The notes under the pieces: model-generated
The model's input: the letters and a program-made list of their open reading frames with translations, nothing else
What the model was told of the DNA's origin: nothing
Database searches by the model: none
Made by a program: the position numbers and the translations under genes
From: Sphyrna mokarran
Lineage: Eukaryota
Direction of reading: 5' to 3'
Length of the DNA: 64,000 nt
NCBI GenBank assembly: GCA_024679065.1
Contig: JAGIQG010000003.1
Span: 106,144,001 to 106,208,000, forward strand
Part shown: piece after piece, positions 37,081 through 47,234 of the stretch
How the letters are laid out: every line of letters starts with the position of its first letter
Position numbering within the stretch: position 1 is the first letter of the stretch

Positions 37081-38748
37081 GGTCAGCACAGTGACTCAGT
37101 GGTTAGCACTGCTGCTTCACATTATCGGGGACCTGGTTCAATTCCAGCCTTGGGTGACTATTTGTGTGGAGTGTGCACATTCTCCCTTTGTCTGTGTGGG
37201 TTTCATAGAAACATGGAAACTAGAAGCAGGAGTAGGCCATTCGGCCCTTAAAGCCTGCTCTGCCGTTCATCTTGATCATGGCTGATCATTGAATTCAATA
37301 TCCCGATCCCTCCTTTTCTCCCGATATCTCTTGATCCCTTTATTCCCAGAAGTTACATCTAATTTCTTCTTGAAATCAGACAACGTTTTGGTGTCAACTA
37401 CATTCAGTGAATTCCACACATTCACCAACCTCTGAGTGAAGAAATTTCTCCTCACGCCAGTTCTAAAAGGTTTACCCCTTGTCTTCAAATTATGATCCCT
37501 ACTTCTGCACTCCTCCACCATGGAAATATTCTTTCTGAATCTATCCTGTCTAATCCTGTTAGAATTTTATAAGTTTCTATGAGATCTTCTTTCACTCTTT
37601 TAAACTCCAATCAATATAATCCTAACTGATCTAATCTCTCCTCATACGACAGACTTACCATCCCAGGAATCAGCCTGATAAATCTTCACTGTATTCACTT
37701 TATGGCAAGGACATCCTCCCTCAGATAAGGACACCAAAACTGCACACAATATCCAGGCATGACCTCACCAATGCCCTATACAATTGCAGCATAACATTCC
37801 TATCTCTACACTGAAATCGTCTTGCTGTGAAAGCCAACATTCCATTTACCTTCATTACTGCCTATTGTACCTTTGTGCTTACTTTCAGCCTCTGATGCAT
37901 GAGGACACCAAGTCTCGTTGAGTATCCACCTCTCTCGATTTACACCAATTCAAGTAATAATCTGTCTACCGTTTATTGCTACCAAAGTGGATATGCACTC
38001 ACACTGTCCAAATCACATTGAAACACTTCTGCACCCTCCTCACAGCTCAGCCTCCCACCCAATTTTGTATACCTGCAAATTTGGAGATAATACATTCAGT
38101 TTTCTCCTCCAAATCATTAATATACAATGTGAACAGTTGGGGTCCTAGCACAGATCCCTGCAGAAGTTCACTAGTCACCGACTGCCAATCAGAAAAAGAC
38201 CCATTTATTCCGATTGTTTCCTTCCTATCTGCTAACCAGCTTTTTATCCATCTCAGAACTTTACCTACGATCCCACGTACTTTAACTTTATATAGTAGTC
38301 TGTTACGTGAGACCTTATCAAAGCCTTCTAAAAGTCTAAATAAAATTCATCCACTGGTTCTCTGTAGGTAAACTCAACTAGTTACATCCTCAAAAAGTGC
38401 CAATAGATTTGCCAAGCGTGATTTACCTTCTGTAAATCCATGCTGAATTTGTCTGATTAAAACACTGCCTTCCAAATGCTGAGTTATGAAATCCTTGATA
38501 ATAGACTCTAGCAACTTCCCCAGTACCAGTTTCCTCTGGATGCTTCAATTTCCTCTCACAGTTCAAAGAATTGCATGTTTGGCTGATTAGCCATGCTAAA
38601 TTACTCCTGATTGTCTCAAGATATGCAGGTTAAGAGAATTAGTGGAGGAAGTATATGAAGTTATAGAGATAGGATCTGGGTAAGACGCTCTGTTGGAGAG
38701 TTGGTGCAGACTCAGTGGGCTGAATGGCCTGCATTGTTGGGATTCTAT
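37081..38748 (+). mobile_element. HE1-type V-SINE split in two (37081-37204 and 38530-38748) by a CR1 insertion
   Basis: The SINE stops at gtgggtttc and resumes at gtttcctctggatgct; gtttc is duplicated. Confidence 0.85.
37205..38529 (-). mobile_element. CR1/HER1 LINE, 5'-truncated (~1.3 kb)
   Basis: Tail (atagaaacatggaaactagaagcaggagtaggccattcggccc), ORF RSRDHNLKTRGKPFRTGVRRNFFTQRLVNVWNSL, and RT-region sequence. Confidence 0.9.
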
Positions 38749-39770
38749 ACCTGTGACACTAATGCACAACACACTGAAAATAGATAAGAGATGCATTACA
38801 ATATTAAAATCACTTTTAATGATAGACGGATCACTTATGATGATTTTGATATTCTAATTGGCTCTTCCCTATTTTTAGTGAGCACTTTGCAGTTTCCCAG
38901 ATCACTTCAGTTGTGTACTCATGTATACGCAGAGTACGAGTAGACGGTTAGCAATCAAATTCCTTGCTTCTTTTCTGACCAACATGGCTTTCCCACTCTT
39001 TGCTGCCATCAACAACTGTGCTGATTGAAAAGAATACCCTAATATTCCCATGGGATGTCCATAATGCACCACTGTGCGTAAACAAACCTTTTTTGGATAT
39101 TTTGTCTGTATATCTCATGTATTAAATTTTGATTATTGTAACAGACAGTTTGAACATGTGATAATTAGTACACTGAGCTTCATATCCTGCTCAATAATAA
39201 TATTCCTGCCTGAGCTGTACCATCATATTTTATATTTGTAGTGGGTAAATGCTAATTAATAACTGTTTATTTCACCCAATTTCAATGTATCTGTTTCAGT
39301 GTTAACTATATTTTGCTTTTCTGTACAGCTTTATACCATCTTAAAATGTAGATATTCTGTTTGCTTTCAGCAAATGAAAATATCTGCAGTCCAAATACCA
39401 GTAGCTTTGTGTGTTAAAATTGTATCTACAATATATATATGGTTATACTTTGCTTTCTATAAGAGAATGCTGAATAGTTGATCGGGGTGTGACTTTACTC
39501 CAGATAGTCATTGCTATTTATTCATGCTTTTCAATACTAATTCAATCTTATTTGATATCAAAGGACTGGTTTAATATTACAAGGAGTAGGAAACAGGGAG
39601 GATCCCATGTAACAGAATGAGCTAAAGGTTGCGAAACAGCCAAGAGGAAGTGGATGACTGTCACTGAGTTCAGATCTAGCAATATGTAGTGTGTTTAAAA
39701 ACTCTCAAACCTGTTCTATTGTAGCTCATTTCCTTTATAAAACAAACCATAAAGTACCAGCAAGAAACCA

Positions 39771-40087
39771 GGGTGGCATGGTAGCACAGTGGTTAGCAAT
39801 GCTGCCTCATAGCACCAGGGACCCAGGTTCAATTCTGGCTTTGTGTCACTATCAGTGAGGAGTCTGCATGATCTCCCTGTGGGTTTCCTTCAGCTGCTCT
39901 GGTTTCCTCCCAGAGTCCAAAAGCGTGCGGGCAAGGTTGATTGGCCATGCTCAGTTTCCCCTTTGTGTCAGGGTGAATTAGCAGGGTAAATACGTGAGAT
40001 TACAGGGATAAGGCCTGGGTGGGATTGTTGTCAGTGCAGGCTTGTTGGGTAGAATGGCTTCCTTCTGCATTTAGGGATTCTATGATT
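39771..40087 (+). mobile_element. HE1-type V-SINE, tail A
   Basis: Full HE1 pattern ending tttagggattctatgatt. Confidence 0.9.
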
Positions 40088-40149
40088 AAAGAGAACTGGA
40101 CAGAAGGATTCAGAACGTGGCAACTTCATGCGAGCTATCGCCAGCATAT

Positions 40150-40355
40150 CCTCTAATTCTATTTTTTACTCTTGTTCTATGCATTTAAAACTGTACTCTA
40201 CATCCTAGCTATGAATGTAACACTGTATTCTGCACTCTCTCCTTTCCTTGTCCCCTGTGTACTCTATGAACAGTATGATTTGTCTGTATAGCACACAAGA
40301 AACAATGCTTTTCACTGTATCCCAATACATGTGATGATAATACATCAAATCAAAA
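40150..40355 (+). mobile_element. Rex1-type 3' tail
   Basis: gaatgtaacactgtattctgcac...ttttcactgtatcccaatacatgtgatgataatacatcaaatcaaa; same tail as at 31258 and 27640. Confidence 0.75.
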
Positions 40356-41391
40356 ATATTTGGAAGCCTCAACACAGAGTGCAATCAAGTGGGCGCTGGC
40401 TGTTAGATTCCTTAGACATTAATACAGTAGTCTGAGATGATCCAGAATGAAAATCCAAAACATAATCCAAGGCTGTCTGCATCAGCAGCCTGCCATACCA
40501 ACAATAAATATTTGAGATGTAACATTGTCCTCTGCTGTCTCACAGTAGAGTGAAGTATTTGGAATCCAGGATGACTTTCTCTTTTCAAGTTATTCTGAGC
40601 TGCAGTGTCATTTCTGACACACATGCTTATGTGTTAGTGCCAAGGTGTGGGCTTGAAAGGGTACAAGTCAATAAATTTGATGTTTTTTTCAAGGCTACCA
40701 CAAGGTTGCAGAGAATTAATAATCAGTAACCCTGCACATGATGGTCACTTGTATATACAGAAAATGTTTGATGCCACTTCCTGTTAAGTGTGAAGACCTT
40801 CCTATGATCTATCTTTCTTGTGCCAGATCCTGCAGTAGCCTCCTGCTGGGTCTGAATCACAGAGTATCAGCAGGCCATAAGTTTAACATTTGACGTTCAA
40901 TATGTCCTCCTCACATTTACACCACAAAAGCATTCAGATTTGCACAATATAAATCAGGCTGCCAGTGATGCTTGCTTTGGAGCAGGTGTTGAATGCTGTT
41001 AAAGACATCATCACGTCCAACTTTAAACCTCTTGTCCAGAAATGAACCATTGAAAAGTGGCATTGTATCACTTAACAGAAGGACCGGATGAAATGGGAAG
41101 GAGATGGGGTAGCTCTGTTAATAAAGGATGATAAGAACAGCAAGAAGACATGGGGTAGGACTTTCTGGCTGCGCTCACCCTAAAATTGGAATACCGTCCC
41201 TCCCCCCAAGGTCAACAGACTATCGTATGGCTCTACCTCTCCCCCACAACCAGGAAAATTCCGATCTTAGTCTTGGTTCAGAGGATTAAAATGTGGAATT
41301 AGTTTGGAGATGATAAGAAATCAGAAAGGAAAACACTTAACTAGACTGTAGGATATGTATAACTTAATAAATAATGGGGCTTGTAAGAAAA

Positions 41392-41750
41392 GGCAATGGC
41401 CCAATGGTAATCTGACTACTTTATTAATCCAGAAACTCAGCTAATGTTCTGGGGACCCATGTTCAAATTCCATTATGGCAGATGGTGGAATTTGAACTCA
41501 ATAAAAAATATTTGGAATTAAGAATCTACTGTTGACCATATAACTGTTGTCGATTGTCAGAAAAACCCATCTGTTTCACTAATGTCATTCAGGGAAGGAA
41601 ATCTGCCATCCTTGCCTTATGTGTTTGGCCTATATATGACTCCAAAGCCACAGCAAATGTGGTTAACCCTCAACTGCCCTTAGGCAACTAGAGATGGACA
41701 ATAAATGTTGACTAGCCAGCACGCCACGTCCCACAAATGAATAATAAAAA
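41392..41750 (+). mobile_element. tRNA-headed SINE, second family
   Basis: caatggcccaatggtaat...atgttcaaattccattatggcagatggtggaatttgaac...ggcaactagagatggacaataaatgttgactagccagc; homologous to 6598-6926. Confidence 0.8.
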
Positions 41751-43032
41751 TATTGAGCGGATGAATCAACTTGGAAAAAGTAGTCTGGAGGATAAGTTCA
41801 CAAAGTGTATTCAGAACAGTTTCTTAGAGCAACATATCCTGGAACCAACTAGGAACAAACTATTTTAGACCTGATAATGTATAATGAAACAAGATTAATT
41901 AATGACCTTATAGTAAAGGATTCTCTTGGTAAGAGAGTGATCATCACATGACAAAATTTCACCTTCTGTTTGAGGGTGAGAAATTTGGGCAAACTGATAT
42001 CTTATTGCCTTGTTTAAGTTTGTGAAGGTAGAGTTGGCTAAAGTGAAATTAGAAAACCGGTTAGAAGTTAAAAATGTAGAGAAGCAGTACCTGGCATTTA
42101 ATAAGATATTTCCTAGTTCTCAACAAAGATATATTCTATTTGGAAGTACTCTATAAGAAGGATGCATCGTCCAGGGACAATTAAGGAAATTAAGAATAGT
42201 TTCAAATTAAAAGAAATAATATTAAGAAAATTTTAGAAACCAATGAAGCATGGCTAAAAAGTAAAGAGGGAGAAATTGGAGTACGAGAGAAAACTAGCAC
42301 TAAATATAAAAACAGACAATAAACGGTTCTACAATTATATGAAAAGATGAGAACAGCAGAAGTGAGCATTGGTTCCTTTGAGAGTGGGATGGGGAATTGA
42401 TAATGGGAAATCTGGAAATGATAGAGGCTTTAAGCACATATTTTATACTTGCTACCAAAGTAGAAGAAACAGAAATCGTTGAAAGAATAGCAGAATATCA
42501 AGAGAATTATGTGAGTGAGAAACATAAAACAACTATGATCACTAGAGAAATGACACTAGCAAAACTAATAGATCTACACATCCCTTGGACCTGATACTCA
42601 GCATCCTCGAATCTAAAGGGAAGTAGCTGTACATGCATTGGTTGTAATCTCCCAAAATTCTCCAGATTCTGGGAAGGTTTGACTGTCGCACAACTATTTA
42701 AAAAAGGAGCAAGACTAAAAGCAGGAAACAATGGACCAGTTAATATAATGTATGTCAGTGGGAAAATGATAGAACCCATTATTAAAAAGGTGATATCTGG
42801 ACATTTAGAAAATCAGCCAGAATCATTAAAGGGAAATATATTTGATTTTATAAATAATAAAAGTTCTTTGAGGATGTAATGAACACGGTTTTAAAGGAGA
42901 AAGAGTAACAACAGTGATTTAGATTTTCAAAAAATATTCAATGAGGTGCCACATAAAATGTTACTGCACAGGTTAAGGGATTAGGTTTGGATAATATCTT
43001 AGCACGGATAGAAGATTGGTTAACCAACAGGG

Positions 43033-43268
43033 TAGAAATACAACCAATTTATTTGATAGTAAACTCACAAGCTTTTGACCCTCTGGTCTTCGTCAGGTGA
43101 ATGAGGTGTTCTGGTCTCAAACACCAGAATACTTCATTCACCTGACAAAGATCAGAGGGTCAAAGACTTGTGAGTTTACTATCAAATAAATCGGTTGGAT
43201 TTAAACCTGATGTTGTCAGACTTCTTACTGTGTTTACCCCAGTCCAACGCCGGCATCTCTACATCATG
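43033..43268. mobile_element. Penelope-like inverted pair with two decayed hammerhead motifs
   Basis: Arms 43036-43115 and 43123-43202 with a 7-nt loop. TSD-like taaccaacaggg/tgactaacaggg. Minus-strand core TCAC CTGACGA A GACC agag GGTC aAA AGCT T GTGA. Confidence 0.85.
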
Positions 43269-43699
43269 ACTAACAGGGAATGGAGTATGGAGATAAATGG
43301 ATTGTTTTTGGGGTTGGTAAACTGTAACAGGAATCGGTGCTGGGGCCTCTTATCTTTTACAATTTATATTAATGAATTGGATGAAGGGATTAATTGTATT
43401 GTAACTAAAATTGCTAATGATACAAAGATAGATAAGAAAATGAGTTATGAGGGAGATACATAGAGTATGAAAGAAGTATAGATTGGTTAAGTGAACAACG
43501 AATTTGGCAGATAGGGTATAATGTGTGGAAATGTGAGTTTTCACACGAATTGGGGACTTACGCCAAAATTCTACTGCCCTGCCCGCACGGGAATCCAAAT
43601 GGGTGAGGGGGGAACAACAGGAAGGTCTGCTGATCTCAGGCAGGATTTTCAGATCTTGAATTGAGCAAGGCCATAAAATCCTGCCCTTCAAATTTTTCA

Positions 43700-44345
43700 G
43701 GAAGAATCCCACCCTGTGTCTTCTTTACAATATACTTTCCTAACCATGTATTTTCATCTCAAACTTAGCAACCATGCCTTTGCTCCCTTGTCTAAATCAT
43801 TGAAGTAAATTGCAAAAAATTGAGCCCCAGCACAAACCCTTACGGGAGTCCGCCTATCACATTCTGCCAATCAGCCAAAAACCTATTTATGCATTCTCTC
43901 TGTTTTCTGGCAGCCTATCTTCTGCCAAGCTAATGTATTAGCCCCTGTACCACAGCTTTTTCTTCTGCAATAACTTCTGATGTGATACGTTATCAAATGT
44001 TTTCAGGACATCCAAGTACAGTACATCTACAGATTCCGCTCTATTCACAGTGCATGTTACTCTTTCAAAGAATTCTAAAAATGTGTTAAACATGATTTCC
44101 CTTTCAAAAAACCCTGCTGACTCTTTCTGATTACCTTGAGCTTTTCCTAGTGCCCAGCTATAACCGCTTGAATTATTGAAGTTAGCATCTTCCCCACAAC
44201 AGAAATCAAGGTTACTGCCTTTGGTTTCCTGTTTTCTGCCTCCCTCCCTTTTTGAATAGGGAGGTTATCTTTGAGACTTTCCAGTCTAATGGAACATTTC
44301 TAAAATCCAGGCAATTTTGGAAAGTCAACACCAATGCACCCACAT
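43700..44345 (-). mobile_element. CR1 RT-region fragment
   Basis: Reverse complement contains VPLDWKVSKITSLFKKGGRQKTGN and a decayed KxFDNVSHQKLL motif. Confidence 0.75.
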
Positions 44346-44410
44346 TGTAAGTTTCCTGGTGGTGAGGCATGCATTCAGTGAAAACACTGTTGACAATGGC
44401 AGGAGCAAAA

Positions 44411-45331
44411 CAGAACTGCGTCCAGTTCTGGTCGCCGTACTATAGGAAGGATGTGGAGTCCTTGGAGAGAGTGCAGAGGAGGTTCACCAGGATGCTGCCT
44501 GGTATGGAAGGACTGTCTTATGAGGAACGATTAAATAGACTGGGGTTGTTTTCCCTTGAAAGACGTCGTCTTAGAGGGGATCTAATAGAGGTGTATAAGA
44601 TTATAAGGGGTATAGATAGAGTAAATGGGGGTAAACTTTTTCCACCTTCAGAAATGGATAGGACGAGGGGTCATGGCCTTAGGGTGAGGGGGCTATGTAT
44701 AAGATGAATATTAGAGGGCAGTTTTTCACACAAAGGGTAGTGGGGGTGTGGAATGCACTGCCGAGTAAGGTGGTGGGAGCAGGCACACTGGGGCTGTTTA
44801 AGGGTCTCTTGGACAGCCACATGAGCGATATGCAGATAGAGGGATATAGCAGGACTGTTTTAACTACGGCTTTTTCCACAGGTAATTCGGTCCATACTTG
44901 ACCAACATTGAGCATGCATTCGGCAGGTGGTGCGGGTACAGCTCTTGGATGTTGATTCATGGGTTGCCTGGTACCTCATGTCGTAAATGAGTGCTTTATG
45001 TGGACCATCTGAAGGGCACCATGACAGCTCAGAGACTATCGATGTGGCTGTGCAGACACTTGGAATTGGGCCGGTGTCTGCGGGAGTTTGCGCGTTCTAC
45101 CCGTGGTTGCGTGGGTTTTCTCCGGGCACTCCGGTTTCCTCCCACAACCCAAAAATTCGCTCTTAGGCTGATTGGGAAACAAATTGTCCCTATAGTGAGA
45201 GTCTTCCATATTAGGAATAACCTAAATCTATAATAGGATAGTGGAATTGCTACTATATAGTTATGACGGCGGCGCGGGCTCGTTGAGCCGAAGGGCCTGT
45301 TTCCCGTGCTGTGTTGCTCTAAAAAAAAAAA
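44411..45331 (+). mobile_element. Young 5'-truncated CR1 LINE with a long 3' UTR containing a V-domain, ending in A11
   Basis: Near-intact ORF2 end (CVQFWSPYYRKDVESLERVQRRFTRMLPGMEGLSYEERL...; FFTQRVVGVWNALP). V-domain at 45074-45197. CR1 tail gagccgaagggcctgtttcccgtgctgt. Confidence 0.85.
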
Positions 45332-45387
45332 TCCCGCCACTAGCCAATGATGGCTGCCTCCACCGCCATGAAAAACATGGCAGGTAT

Positions 45388-45695
45388 CACAGAATCCTGT
45401 AGTTCAGATGGAGGCCATTCGGCCCATCAAGTCTGCACCAAACAAAATCCATCCAGGCTATCCCCATAATCCCACGCGTGTACTCTAGTCAGTCCCCCTG
45501 GCATAAGGGGAAATTTATCATGGCCAATCCACTTAACCTGTGCATTTTTGGACTGGGGGAGGAAATAGGAACACCTGGAGGAAATCCATTCAGGTATGGG
45601 GAGAACATGCAAACTCCACACAGACATTAACCCAAGCCAGGAATTGACCCCGGGTCCCTGGCGCTGTGAGGCAGCAGTGCTAACCACTGTGCCAT
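45388..45695 (-). mobile_element. HE1-type V-SINE, tail A
   Basis: cacagaatcctgtag...ggaggccattcggcccatc...gaggcagcagtgctaaccactgtgcca. Confidence 0.9.
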
Positions 45696-46879
45696 CAATA
45701 CACCCTGAGATGTGTAGAAAATGCTGCCCCCTGTCCTTCATATTCAAAACTATAAATAGAATAATAAAGACAGACAAATGAGTTTCATTTCTAATTTCTG
45801 ACTTTATTGTCTCCTGTTTAACATTAGATTAGATACAATTTAGCAATTAGATTTTGGGGCCTTAAAGGCATAAGCACGACAGATGAATAATATGTACCAC
45901 ACTCCGGTCTTAAAACAATCTATCATTTGACTTACCATACTCAATTCCAGGGAAAGTCTGCAAGTTTGTTCAAAAAAAAATTAATCATGAACTTCCTGTA
46001 AATGTGTCTGGATAGTGTTACAATCTTGCTCAAGGGAAGTAGTTATAAAGAAAATGAAGAAATCTAAGATGCCAGTTTTTACTGAAAGAATAAAGCCACA
46101 AGATGCCATAGTTTAAAACAGAAGAATTTTTGTTTTAAAATAGTCAAAGCCTAAAGTAATCTCCTATATTCTAAAACACAGAATCAATATATGTTAAACA
46201 AGTTAACTGGCAAATTACAGTCAGTTATAAACTACATCTTGCACATTAAATGATATAATTATAATAAGTCTTATAAGTTGTCTTAACAGTCCCCACACAA
46301 CATAGAGGTTGTCAATGTCTGGCAAAAAGTCCTTCAAAACTCTGTTTTCCTCACAAAGAATTTTAGCTCCTCTCCTTCCAGGCTATGGGCTGATTTCCAA
46401 CCAACTTCAGTGCACATTAGTTTTCAAGGGTAGGTCTTCACCAAAAATGGCACACATCTAAAGAAACACTTCAACTCTGCCTGCAATGCTTGAGTTGATG
46501 TCGAACCACCAATGTTGTCTTTGAGTAGCAGAAACAGCCACAACAACTATGTCCCAGTTTCTGAATTTAGTCTCTGTCCTCTTAGACTGCTTGTACTACA
46601 CCATTGGACTCATCATCCACTGCGTTCCTCATTTTCTTTTATATAGTTAAACCCAGGAATTTTGGTTTCTAATCCTAGTATCAGTCTTAGTTTCCTTTCT
46701 CAGTATCTCTTTTCACTTCAGACTTGTGTCAAAAGATATACAAGTTTTGTCCACAAATTTGATCACAACTATTAAATGTATATTCAGGATTAAAATGAAA
46801 CATCTACTAATCATTTCATAACTTTGCTTAATTTCTTAAATCTGTCTCTGAATGCATTTTTCTGTGGCTTGTTTTTTAG

Positions 46880-46946
46880 GTACTTGTGGACCATTGGTAA
46901 AAATGTTTGGAAAAGATGGAAAAAACGATTCTTTGTTCTAGTGCAG
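46880..46946 (+). CDS. CADPS: CADPS coding exon (start of PH domain): (G)[22 protein letters not shown]
   Basis: Acceptor gttttttag|G and donor CAG|gtaaat. 67 nt; the first G completes the GG from the previous exon. Contains the basic phosphoinositide-binding motif [11 protein letters not shown]. Confidence 0.96.
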
Positions 46947-47234
46947 GTAAATGAAAATGAATATTCCAAATGCCTTTGACTTCATTGTTTTCCAGCATTA
47001 CAAATTGGATGCAATTTGCAAAAATTCATACTGTCAAATATGTATTTTCCTTCAGTTGCTTGTGTTAAAAGTGCCACCTGACTGACAGCTATAATAATAT
47101 ATAGGAACTCAGCTCAAGAATTGTCCACAAGGTGAGCTACCAGGAACAGTGTGAGGATTGGCAGTGTCTTCCTATTGCTAAGAGAGAAAAATGAGAAAAT
47201 GAATCTAATAAGGACAAGAAATACACGGCTGCAA

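Larger units (their letters stand above)
41040..43545 (+). mobile_element. Old CR1 ORF2 (endonuclease to RT), interrupted by a MITE, a SINE and the Penelope-like pair
   Basis: ORF fragments QLFKKGARLKAGNNGPV and LSFTIYINELDEGINCIVTKIANDTKI (RT FADD-like motif). Confidence 0.85.

Noticed and set aside
45780-46650. Possible solo LTR (also ~7480-8150)
   Set aside because: Composition is suggestive, but I could not fix TG...CA ends or a TSD.
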